In this document: positions 12,172 to 24,070 of the stretch, piece after piece | How the letters are laid out: each line of letters opens with the position of its first letter | How positions within the stretch are numbered: position 1 is the first letter of the stretch | DNA from: Rhina ancylostomus | Taxonomy: Eukaryota | DNA: 64,000 nt | Direction: 5' to 3' | NCBI GenBank assembly: GCA_030265395.1 | Contig: JARFYF010000001.1 | Coordinates: forward strand, 21,534,667 to 21,598,666 | Position numbers and translations under genes: made by a program | The notes under the pieces: generated by a model | What the model was told of the DNA's origin: nothing | Databases searched by the model: none | The model's input: the letters and a program-made list of their open reading frames with translations, nothing else

Positions 12172-14169
12172 TTCTGTCAAGGAATATCAATAGGCCAGAG
12201 CTTTCTCCTTCTGCTATGTGAGGATATGCTACAACAAGGAAAGTGGGGTAGTTGGAGTGTCATTGGGAATCACTACTTTTGTGACAAACAGCATGAATGG
12301 GAGTTCCTACTTTGCAATAATGTTTGGTNNNNNNNNNNGTATCTGTGATCCTGAGAGCCGTGAACAGCATGCATGGTGGTGGCACAATCTGGCCCCATTC
12401 ATTGAAGGTGGATTCTGCTGGGATTAACAGGGCATGTAGGGCAAACCAGATCAGCTTTGCCTGGGCAAGCAAACAGCACATCATTTCTTTCTCCCCTCCT
12501 CTCTATCTGTCTGTCTGTCTCTCTCTTTCCCTCTCGCTGAGAGGACCCTGGTTAAAAAAATGCAAATCAATAGTGTTTTTATGAAAGAAAATTATCTTTG
12601 TTAGAACAAATAGTTCAACTTTAAAATAAGACTTGTCGCCTATATTCCGATGCTGCTACCTCCGGCATCTGTTTGAGCTTCCTTGCCAAAAGGTGTGGAT
12701 CTGTGCAAGATTATTGGAGTGGGGTGTTGGTGGGGGTGGGTGGGGAAGGGGGGGGCAATCAAAACAACACAAAAATAAAGGGCGAGAGAAAAAACATCAT
12801 TGTTGCATTGAGACAGGGGTAGCTTTAGTGGTCTTGGATCCCTTTCATCATTGGGGAAAATTATACACTCCCTCACGGATACATGATAATTATACATTTC
12901 TGTGCACAGGAACTTGACAATGCTCCAGAAAAGTGACAGAAAGATGCCCAGGCACCAAGCAGAACAGAATTTAAAAAAAACTTGTAACAGTCAGGAGGTG
13001 AAAGGGGAGGATCAACTGGCTATTGTGCTGGTCTTTGAATTCGCTTTATTCCTTGTTTACCTCACTGGGCGCAGTGATATGATTTGCGCAATGCGAGGTC
13101 GCAACATGTTACTTGAGACGACAATTTGCTGATTCAAGCGGGCGATTGTGTCTGGTGCCAGTCAGTTGCAATTAGGAAAGGCATCGGGGAGGCCTGGAGT
13201 AACTGCAATGTCNNNNNNNNNNNNNNNNNNNNNNNNNNNNNNNNNNNNNNNNNNNNNNNNNNNNNNNNNNNNNNNNNNNNNNNNNNNNNNNNNNNNNNNN
13301 NNNNNNNNNNNNNNNNNNNNNNNNNNNNNNNNNNNNNNNNNNNNGTCCGTTCAGGGAAATTCTTTGTTTGAGAGTAAAAATTGTTATCCTTTGTTTAAAT
13401 CCAGGAGCAAAAAGGAAAGGAAAAGTATCACACAGAAAATCCAATGTGGCTAGTCATTTGCATTGCTCAGAACTTATGTATCGGATCCAAAGCAAAAATG
13501 CAGTGAACTTTACTTTTTACTTTTTCTCTTTCTTGCTGCAAAAAACAATGAAAATGAACTATTATCTTTTAAGATATTCCACCAGCTCTTTGTTCTTACT
13601 AAGAGTCCCCCACCACCCACCCCCATTGCCAACCCAACCCCCACCTCTCACCCTGGCCCAAAAAAAGTATTTACTTCCAAAAGCAAAATAGCTTTTCTAA
13701 GCTGCCTTTCAAAAGCTTTAGACTGTAGTTTTTTATAATGCAACTCAGACTTCAAAAAAAAAGTATTTTTAGCACAATGTCACATTGTTAAATAAAGAAT
13801 ATAGTGGGGTAATTTATCCATTTCAGAAAGTTGAGAACAGCCAAACATGGTATTGTTTGTAAGATTGTCCTCTTTGGAAATGATAATATATTGGTGAACA
13901 TACTCAGAGAGTTTGGATGAAACGATGATTTTACATAAAGAATGCTCTGATTTTATACACTGTGTCAGCTATCTCTTCCTAGTGTTGATTTACGTGCTGT
14001 TTTTTTCTCTCTCCCAGAGTCTGGGCAGCGAGCAGGTGTTTCAGTAGGTTTAGCTTTCCACAGCTTATGTGTTTGTAGACTATAATCAGCAAATTCAACA
14101 GCAGATTTTGTGAGGGTGCGCTGCACATGTGCATTCATAAATGTGTTCAGAAGTCTTTCTGATTTAGTA

Positions 14170-14530
14170 TGTTTTCCAGTATGTATGTTTGTCGGCATTT
14201 GTTTCTACGTATATGGATGTCTTTTTCTGTGTATGTTTGCAGAATTCTAAGTGCATTCAATGTCTATGCATTTGTGTGTGCTTACAAATGTTTGTTTCTG
14301 TGTGTATGCATGTGTTTGGCTACATATGTTTCTATGTCTGTGCGTGTGCATATGTGTATGTATGTTTATATATCTGGATGAATGTGTGTTTGAGTTCATC
14401 GTGTGTGTTTGCTTATGCATATGTGTTTCTATGTTTTATGGAGGTAGATTTGTGTGTGTGCGCTTGTGTGTGTATGTCTGAGTCCATGTGTGAATCTGTG
14501 TGTGTGGGACTGTATGTGTTTCTCTGTCTT
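14170..14530. repeat. Degenerate (TG)n/(TATG)n low-complexity tract
   Basis: About 360 nt of interrupted tgtg/tatg. This explains the Cys/Val-rich ORFs here. Confidence 0.85.
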
Positions 14531-16835
14531 TGTTTTAGTAGTCAGCAGGTTTTAGAATATATCTGACAGCTGCTAGATGATAAATTCACACCTCAAAAGT
14601 TTTTTTGTCCCTAGTGTCAGGTGGGGAAGGGGGGACAGTTGTGGGTTGGAATCTTTCATCAAAGAGAAAGGGTAAAATAAAAGTGTGCATTGAAACCTAC
14701 TGCTGACTGTATTACAGATTTGAATGCATTGCCATCTGTGGGTTGATCAAACATAATAATACCTCCTTGCATAAATTTTAATAATGTTTTCTCTGACTTT
14801 CATATAAGGGGTATGTTGGGAAATACTGTATGAAAGTAATTTCATTTGAAAAACTGTGAAATGAGTACACAGGGACTTGTATCCTATATATGCAATAAAT
14901 TAGAGTGAAGCAGAGCTATGATATCAAATCGCCCTTGTCAGATTGCAGTTCACAAGTGGCAGTCTGGCACCATTTGTAAACTGGATGGTGTTACCGGTGT
15001 CATCATTCCGCTTCTGTATCCCAAACAGGCCCTAATTTTTATCCTCTTTTCCTCACTCTCTTTCCCTCCTCCTGCCCCTTCATCTTAAATAATTTCAGCA
15101 AAATAAGCGGGTCTTCTGCAGCAGCTAGGAAGCGTTCTGCCGCCAACTCATCAAACTTTAANNNNNNNNNNNNNNNNNNNNNNNNNNNNNNNNNNNNNNN
15201 NNNNNNNNNNNNNNNNNNNNNNNNNNNNNNNNNNNNNNNNNNNNNNNNNNNNNNNNNNNNNNNNNNNNNNNNNNNNNNNNNNNNNNNNNNNNNCTAGGCA
15301 CTTGCTGCTCTGTCATGAATAAGGTATTTCATACAAGCAAAGTACGTGCCCGATGAGCTTTTAAAGTCGCTTTACACTAAACCTGTGTATTGCTTGGCGT
15401 GCATGAGTGAGTACAACACGCATCGTGATCTGTCTCAGGTGGTGCGAGGCTGGCTGTGCATCCAGGAGTGATGTGATGGGAGCTGAGTATCTTCTCAAAC
15501 ATGGTCTCTGTTTTGCTGCAAAAACTTAAGAGAAATAGTTAACATTTGCAGTCAATCGCTACTACACAGTGGTATAATTAATATTTAAACATTTTAATAA
15601 TGTGAGGTTTGTCCATATTGTTTAGCATATAACCGAATCTTTTTTTATATATGTGCTTAAAACATGAGTTTACCTTTTTCCTTCTTGAGCCCAAACATGT
15701 CCTTTATCTTCATAGAAAATGGATTTCTCACTCTGTGTACAATTTATAGTTTCCTGTTGCTAGTGGAAGGCAAGCTTCCAAATCTTAGAATTTTCAGTAA
15801 TTACCTAATCCACACCTCAGTCTAATAAAAAAGGTTTAAAAAATAAATAAGCAACTTGACAGGAAATGAGTTGAATGGAACAGATTGGAATTATTTATTT
15901 GCATGTTAAAAAGCAACCCTTTTTGGTGAAGTAAGAAGTAGAATTGTGTTTCAGTCACAACACAGAAACAACATTTTAATACCTGTCCTTCTAATTATAC
16001 ACACAGTGTACTGTGCTGTACACTTTCTGCAGTTCTAATTTTCTTCTATAGATTCTCCCATTTATTTTTTCAAAGTAATGTCACAGTTTTATTATTCTTT
16101 CCCTCCTACTGTCACTTTTACAAATTTATTTTACACAAACTGTTAATAGCTGTATACAGTTTAATTATTATTTTCTTACCACCCAGTCAGATCTAAGAGT
16201 TCACAGCTCTCTCTAAGCAAAAGAGATCTCCATAAAATGACAGAAACAGTCCTCCGCAAATGGAGTTTCGCAGTGACACGAAACTACTCAAGGGTACGCA
16301 TTGGCACAAATGCGCCTATAGAAGCTGGATGTCAAAACACCTGTTGATTGGAGTTTGTACTAGCTGCAGTATAACTTCAGTCTATATTGAACATCTCATT
16401 GGGACTGAACTCTATTGCCATCAACTGAGTTTTATTCTCACTTTTTTTTCTCTCCTCTGACTGGAAGACTGAAACTGCTGATTACAGGATGCCGCTATAT
16501 GTGCACATTTTCTGTCAAATAAATTAGAAAGTACAATTTGAGGAAGCGGAAGAACCAGATAGTGTTTATTCATTAGCAGTAAGCAGTGAAGAAACCAAAC
16601 AATGAAGAAAACAACCATGAAGAACTCAAGCCTAGTTGCATTCTTACATATATCCTCTGGTATCACTAGCCTTCATTTCATTGCAATCTTCACTAGTGCC
16701 ACCAAGACACAACTTGGATTGAAGTCCAGAGGAATTCATTTTATGCAGAGTATTATTTAGTGTTAACTATTTGCTGCTGAGTACTGCATTTAAATCCAGA
16801 GTTGGTCAAAAGACTTTCAATCATTGTGGAGCTGT

Positions 16836-16981
16836 TCTGTGGTGGACTCACAATTGAGAGGACTGAAAACAAGTTATAGTTGGTCTGTGGTGTAGCAGTG
16901 ATTGAGAGGACCTGAAACAAGTTACCGTGTCTTATTTTACTTGCTTTAAAATTGGTCTGTGGCGAAATGGTACTTGAGAGG
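16836..16981. repeat. Three diverged repeats sharing TCTGTGG-N11-TTGAGAGG
   Basis: Units start at 16836, 16884 and 16956. Units 1 and 2 also share aaacaagtta. Confidence 0.8.
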
Positions 16982-17439
16982 TTAAATCTGGCTCCTTCAT
17001 CATACAAGCTCGAAATAACTAGGACTTGCTAATGCACAATATTTATAGCTTCCACCTGAGAGTTGTATTGGAGTTTCTTTAATACAGCTGCTTGCTCTGG
17101 AAATATCTGGAATATTGAGATTTGTAACTGAAGACAATGAGGTAAATGGGAATGGATTGAAGCTGTTCCGTTGGATGCAAATATCCTTTTGCCTCTCTTG
17201 CATCTTTGCTGCTCAAAGTGGCATTATTCTTTCACTATAGTTTAAACCAGAATTTAGCACCTACCCTGCTGGTGATGTAGCTTCATCTAGCATACCATTC
17301 ACTAACACATCTATGTTGTTAGACTTAACATATAAACTAACAGTAAACATTAAATATGCACCCTACTTACATCATGAAATGAGTGAGAAATAATCCAGTG
17401 AAGTGGGACTTTGTAAGAGATAGCAGTAGACTATAAAAA

Positions 17440-17740
17440 GGTTTGCATTAGCTGTCAGCTTGTTGCTCTGAAACATTACAAAATGATTCACATCCAATGA
17501 ATTACTTTGTTGCGATGTTGGCAAATGTGGCAGCCATTTTACACACATTAGTGTCCTATAAACAGTGATAAAGTGGTGCTGTCTGAAGGAAGAGTATTGG
17601 TCAGAACACTGGGACAACTGTGAAGTTCTGTTCTGATAATTCCACGAATGTTCCCCTGAGGAAGTGAATGAGCCATCTATGATTGGTAGAGAATAGTAGA
17701 ATGATGTGGGTTTATTTGAAAGATAGGGGGCATGATGATG
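17440..17740 (-). mobile_element. Deu-domain SINE relic (old)
   Basis: ccaatgaattacttt..gcaaatgtggcagccattttacacaca..cctataaacagtgat..tattggtcagaacactggga resembles the reverse complement of the other Deu copies. Confidence 0.6.
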
Positions 17741-18621
17741 ATCTAACTTTCCTTTGTGGGACCTGGAGGAACATCCTTGCATCTATGCGAAAACCAAAAA
17801 TTTTAAATCTATGTTTTTGGGCCAACCTATTCCTCGCTGGGTTGATGCACTAGGATACTCACTACTATTACCTATTCAGACATAAACCGCAATTGGGTCT
17901 CAATGCAGTTGGAGATCAGACATGCACATCGTACAGGATACCACTAACTTTATGAAAAGTTTTTCTGTCTCTCATTAAGTTAAGCAAACTAAAATTATGT
18001 ATGGTCAACTTCCAGTGGCTCCATGTAATGTAATTAATCTGGGCCATTTAAATTGAATGCTCTCCTGCCCAGTTCTAATGTGCAAATTGAATTAAAATTG
18101 CCACCGATCCATCTGCCAAGGTATAAAATAAAGCAATTGACCAGCTCACCCTAAATTAATAATTTCTTATGTAGATACTGTTCAGCTGAGGGTCCAGGCA
18201 ACAATGTTTATAAGAGCCTGGCACACTATGTTTAAGTCCCAGAATCAACTTTGTGATATCTCCAAAATGATCAGTCACTCTTTCAAGAAAATAAAGTATG
18301 GGATATGAAAAGTCATCTGTACGTTCAGCATATTCCTCACATCAGCCCGTGTTTAGTTCATGCTGTTGCAGACTGGCAAAGGTTTGAAGGCACAGGAAAA
18401 TGGCCAATGAGTGAAGGGGAAAGGGAAAAGTCTACTGGATCCCCAGAAGTAATCAAGCAAAAGCTCCAGTAAATCACTCTAACAATGCAATCTATGATAT
18501 TGAATCTTGACCACTTATATTTCCCTCAATGATACTAAATTTTCAGACTAAATTTTTTTTACTTTATGTTCATTTTTATAAGAAAAATAGAAGATCAGAA
18601 AACATCTCACAGGTATCTATG

Positions 18622-19036
18622 TCGAAGTTGGTAGCACTCTCACTTCTGATTGTACATTCAAGTCACACTCCAGAGACTAGAGCCCAAACTTTTTGCTAAT
18701 ACTCCACTGTAGTAATAAAAAAGCCCTGAACTGTTGGAGATGCTGGTCTTTGGATTAGGTGTTAAACTGAGGCCCCGTCTTCTCTCTCAAGAGACATAAA
18801 AGACAAAGACCAGTACTTTGAAGAAGAAGGGGTGCATTATTCCCAATACACTGGCCAATATGAAATCCCAACTCAACATTACCGAAATATATGATCTGGT
18901 CAGTATCCCATTGCAGGTTTTGGGAGCTTGCTGTGTACATTTCACCATTGCATTTCTTGTAACAGCAACTACACCTCAAAAGTACTCAAAAGTACTTCAG
19001 TAGCTGCAAAAGTGTTGTGTAAATGCAAGTCTTTTA
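18622..19036 (+). mobile_element. Deu-domain SINE, near full length
   Basis: tRNA-like head gttggtagcactctcacttctga..ttcaagtcacactccagagact, body gttaaactgaggccccgtct..tgggagcttgctgtgtaca, tail tgtaaatgcaagtcttt. Confidence 0.85.
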
Positions 19037-19439
19037 TTTTACTGAGGTAGAGTTGATTCCCCTATAAACAGAAAGAAGATTTCCAACATTTAAACAAAAA
19101 ACTCCTGTCTTAGTTTGCTGCATAGGGTATTAAATAGCAGCCATTGTTATTTTTGGAACATGTATTTAAATACAGCTATTGTTAAAAATTATGAATGAGA
19201 GATAAAGTCAGCTCTAGAGCAGCTGCAGATGTCAGTGGCTACTGATCTTCAGTTTCAACCATCCTGAAATAAATGTTTTCTCACATTTCCCAGGCTCAGA
19301 GATGACACTTCTGAAAATATGGCATTGGTTGTTTACTGATTATGGAATTTTGAATCGAAGCTTAAAAATTATCTTTGAACCTTCGAGGACAGTATGCACC
19401 ACACTCACTGGATAAATATAAAATCTGAATAAACTCAAT

Positions 19440-19645
19440 AAGGAATTCAGAAGGAAGAACTTTATTCAGGGAGTGGTGAGAATGTGAAATTTGTTGCCAG
19501 GTGGGAGTAGTTGAGACAAATAGCATAGAGGCATTTAAGTGAAAACTGGGGAAGGAGAGGAGGGGAGGGAAATACAGGGATCAATAATGAGACTGTGTGG
19601 GCACAAGCAGTGGGATAGACCAATTGGCCTGAATTTATGTCACTA
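19440..19645 (+). mobile_element. CR1 3' remnant
   Basis: tttattcagggagtggtgagaatgtgaaat..gtagttgagacaaatagcatagaggcatttaag matches the CR1 ORF2 C-terminus pattern FTQRVV.W..VVEA..AFK. Confidence 0.65.
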
Positions 19646-20716
19646 CACTGGAAAGTCTGTTCTGTTCTCCATAATATGATATGCCATGTTTGTTTTTTGA
19701 ACATAAAAACAATTGAAAAAGGCGACTCAAAAGTAAAAGCCAAATTTAACTTGTCTATTCTTCATGATGATAGAAATCAAACCTGAATTATATGCAATGT
19801 TTACTTGCCAACTGGATGTTTAGGTGGAGATCATTCCAATCCAGTCTAACAGCATTTCTCTCCAACAATAAGTTTGCAGCTTTTAAATAAAGCTAAGAAA
19901 ATGAAAAATGGGGTGAAATTGGGCCTTGACCACTCGCAAATGTCTAATATAGTGGCAGCCTTAATTCAAAAGTGCAGTATAATTATGCCCATACGTTACA
20001 GTACATGTGTGGTTAGCACAAGCAACCAAGGATGAATCCTTGAACAATTTTTAAGGCGCCAATAATTTTGCTCTGGGCTGCTTGTTCCAGCTTCCAGGAG
20101 ATATATCTTCAATTCTTGGAGATGTCCGTACAATCATGGATGATTGGAAACGCTATCAACACAATAATTTGGGATTTTAATCAATACGTAGAATGTCATN
20201 NNNNNNNNNNNNNNNNNNNNNNNNNNNNNNNNNNNNNNNNNNNNNNNNNNNNNNNNNNNNNNNNNNNNNNNNNNNNNNNNNNNNNNNNNNNNNNNNNNNN
20301 NNNNNNNNNNNNNNNNNNNNNNNNNNNNNNNNNNNNNNNNNNNNNNNNNNNNNNNNNNNNNNNNNNNNNNNNNNNNNNNNNNNNNNNNNNNNNNNNNNNN
20401 NNNNNNNNNNNNNNNNNNNNNNNNNNNNNNNNNNNNNNNNNNNNNNNNNNNNNNNNNNNNNNNNNNNNNNNNNNNNNNNNNNNNNNNNNTTCTGTGCCCC
20501 CCCCACCCCCTCAGAGTAGAGAGCATCAAGACAGGGGTCCCTAATCCATCATGCCCTGCAGGCAGTGCACAGCTACCGGAGATGCCAGCCGGAGATCAGT
20601 AGTTGCACAGACTCGGCAGTGAAATCCAAGACGATTTATAACAGCTAGGTAACGGCTTTGGGTCTGGCAGAACATTAAGTGAAACGTCATGCTGGTGCAG
20701 GGGCGGAGGGTGGTCA

Positions 20717-20752
20717 AAGAGAGACAGAAAGAGAGTTGGGGAGAGGGGGAGA

Positions 20753-20818
<66 letters not shown>

Positions 20819-20820
20819 AA
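20717..20820. repeat. (GA)n microsatellite / polypurine tract
   Basis: Perfect GA run at about 20757-20808 inside a purine-rich stretch. Confidence 0.97.
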
Positions 20821-22179
20821 TGCAGGATATGCCTGACCAGAATGCAGTGAACCCAAGGTCTTCTGCAAGTCTCATATACTGCCCTTGCTCTCTGCATCCC
20901 GGACACAGTCTCACATTCCTGTCTTTCTAGACCCACTAGGAGGTAGATAAGGTAGTCGTGGTCAGTCCAGCTCCCCTGTCCATAGAAGGACAATGCCAGG
21001 AATGTCTGCAATGTGTTCTATTTTTGTCGCACCTATGTGTGGCCACCCATCTGGTCTTAATCAATCAGTCTCATCCCAAAGCTTTGTTAAACTACCAGCT
21101 GAAATAATATACTGCTTCATCAGGATACAGCCTGAAGGATGGCGGCTGTGCAAATCCCCAGCTAGCGCATGTTAATTGTGGTTACATATCTGTGAACCTA
21201 GAAGCTAACAGGGAATTAGGAGAAGGAAGGATTTATGTGATAGTGGTGGTAGTGGCTCTTCTACTTTTAAAACAAAATTTGTCCACACAGTTTCTTAGGC
21301 AAAAGAACTCTAATAGAGGATGTCTGCATGACAATCACCACCTCAGCTTCCTTTCTTATGTCTATGTGAGTATTCCTTTCACGGTGGGACTTTTTGCTGC
21401 TGCCTAGGTAACTGCCTGGGAAGGTTGGAATATCTGGTGACGGAGTTGTGATTGAGGGTCCTGACACAACCTTTGTTGTATTGAGGTGTTTGATGCGCAT
21501 TCACATACACGGTTAAAGCCAGTTAGTTCTCTTCAGCATAATCCCACCCTCCTTTTTGCCTGCACCCCTACCCCCACCAGCACTACCCCATCACCCCCCC
21601 CTTTAGTAACATCTCTTGCAAAGAAAACAACACAAGCCAGCTTTTGACCAGAATAAAACACTGGTGACTGATGAGAATTTGACTGAAATCCCATTCACAG
21701 AGTATTTTGTGAATGTTAGTATATGTGTGCTGGATAAGTATAATGTTACTTGGCTATGTTTATGTATGCATTGGTGAGAGCATGCAAGATTCTGGAGCAT
21801 GTATGCAAGAAATGCATGGAGTTATGTATGTTATATACAAAAGAGAGAGAATATCTGTGTGAGAGAGCAAAATAAGGTGTGAGAAAGTGCTTGAAAGCAC
21901 ATGAATTTGATGAATTACACTTGTTTTCATTGTGGATGTTGTTCTCTGCAATTGTCTACAGTTCTGGCCAGAGTTAGGAAGACATTGTTAGAACATAATG
22001 CTTGAAGTTTTGGGAAGGACAGGAGAGGGCTCATTCAAGTATAACATAATTGCACAAAAGATTTGTTTTAAAATGTCCCTAACACCCCCACCCATCCAAT
22101 TATCACCTCCACGGAAGGTGCTAACTCATGCTGCTTCAAGTTTCTGCAGCTGTTGGGTATCCCTTAGGACCTTGGCCAA

Positions 22180-22470
22180 TTCACCCCTCCACATGTGTGA
22201 GTCTAAGCAAGGAATGACTTCAAGCTATTCAGCCATTTGGGACGATAGGGGTGGGGGACCTGGTTGGTGGTGCCAATGAGCCAGTTCACAACCAGCCTTG
22301 TTTCTGCCCTCAGCCAATGGCCAGATATGCACTCCAAAGGTAGTCACTGGTCAACCAAGAAGCAGCAACCCTTTATTGCACCTCTAGCCCATCCAGAGTT
22401 GCCTAAACCACCTGCTGTATTCTAAATGGCCACAAGTGACTCGTGCAGATTAGGCATTGAGCCTTGACAC
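22180..22470 (-). mobile_element. Ancient SINE relic (same family as 8.2, 23.8 and 53.7 kb)
   Basis: atgtgtgagtctaagc..gctattcagcc..atgcactccaaaggtagtcactggtcaaccaagaagcagcaaccct. Confidence 0.4.
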
Positions 22471-23769
22471 CTGGATTGTGCATAGCCTGAACTTTAATTT
22501 TAATAATAAAGGAAGCACTTGTTCTCACATCTTGTTCTTTAATCCCATGCATATTACATAGGTATGCTTCTCTGCTTTCCTTAAGAAACTTCTTGCTATC
22601 CCCGGATTCTAAAGATAGTCATGCGTTTTTGCTTCATTTGACATCATGAATGTGGACTGCTGCCCACAAACCACTGTCTCCGTCCATGATGTCACCTGAG
22701 GATGAACTCTAGACAGAATGTCTGCAGTTTGGCAGTCTTAAACCAACAGATTGTAACTTGATAGAAATAGGGCTGTAAAGGACCCAAAGGCACCTCTAAT
22801 TGCACAGGTATCTTCCTTATAACATTTAGGATTAAAGAGTAATCCAAATATAATTCTCCTTTATTTATTTGTGGAAGTCTTTCCTTCTAAAAGTTTTTGC
22901 TACGAAATAGGCAGCACTTTACTGTTTAACGTAAATGCTAGTGGCAAGTTAGTCTGTTACTATTATGTGTGGGGATTAAAAGCCAACTTGCTTGGAGCAT
23001 CACAAGCTCACCACTAACTTCTGGCCGAATTATTGCAGCAAAGCCTGAATAGGATACCATACATATCATTTCCTTATTCCCTCCTTTTAATATTTGTACA
23101 TAATGTGTTGGATCATTCATACCTGAGTAAATGATCGTACTTTTCTGACTGTGCTTGTTTGCTCCATTCCTCCACTGAAATTCTTTCATATTCCAGAATG
23201 TGTAAATTTGAGCATGCAAGGTAGTAAACTTGGAAAGTACAACCAGGGACTCACCAGCAAGCTGCAACTGGCAGAGAGAGAGAGAGAGAAACCTGGGGTT
23301 CAGATCCTGTTGACAAACCACAAGAACTGGTTAGTCAGTGTCCTCTGAGCTCCTGAGACTTCTTTTGTCTTTTGAAACATGTGACAGAATATACTTGCTG
23401 CTTTTATTACTATATAATCTTTACTTTANNNNNNNNNNNNNNNNNNNNNNNNNNNNNNNNNNNNNNNNNNNNNNNNNNNNNNNNNNNNNNNNNNNNNNNN
23501 NNNNNNNNNNNNNNNNNNNNNNNNNNNNCTTTAAAAATATAGTTGCATGATGCAAGAAACTTACAGGTAGCCAAGTAGTGTAGTGGACCTCTCAATTACC
23601 AGATTCAAACAAGCCAGTGGCAATCATTTGCTGTGTTATATGATTCAAACTGCAGTGCCAACATTGGAACACTCAGAAGGACTGCAGTGATAATGTATTG
23701 TGCACCTTAGCAATGCAAATTACTTTGCAAAGGCCCCAGAATCAGTGGATCCTACTAATTCCATATTCC

Positions 23770-24070
23770 GTTTTGTTGAAATGACATAGGTGAGTATCAG
23801 CAGACAGCAGTAAGGATTACTGGAATAGTAATGAAAAGTGAGAGCACTGGCTGATTTCTTTCACATCAAACTCCACCCACACCAGTCCCAGAGTTTCTAA
23901 CGTATTAAAATAGCCCAAGTATAGGAGCATTGAGACCAATTCATCAGTTGTCCATTGGTTTAGCTGAAATCTACTGCTACAGCATTGATTAGGAATTAAA
24001 TTTGTGATTTTTCTACTTTGCATAACTTGGCAAGAGAATAAGCCATTGCTTTTACCAACTGAGCCACTCA
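23770..24070 (-). mobile_element. Ancient tRNA-derived SINE relic
   Basis: Ends tttaccaactgagccact, which is an A box (agtggctcagttggtaaa) on the minus strand. Internal ggattactggaatagtaatgaaaagtgagagcactggctgatttc. Confidence 0.55.

Noticed and set aside
14169-14566. Cys/Val-rich ORFs
   Set aside because: Translation of a degenerate TG tract.
16836-16981. CRISPR-like or V(D)J RSS interpretation of the repeat-spacer pattern
   Set aside because: Vertebrate context, only three short units, and no CACAGTG heptamer with a 12/23-spaced nonamer.
20068-20544. Long ORFs containing X runs (also at 13.1, 36.4, 38.1, 46.1, 55.1-56.0 and 61.6 kb)
   Set aside because: Length comes from N gaps.
20541-21011. 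156-aa ORF with LSLS repeats and overlapping ERER ORF
   Set aside because: Kept open by the (GA)n microsatellite.
23753-23795. Recursive-splice-like site TACTAAT..tAG|GTGAGT
   Set aside because: The gtgagtatcagcag part appears to belong to the surrounding SINE relic and the pyrimidine tract is interrupted. Treated as an exon, all three upstream frames hit stops.
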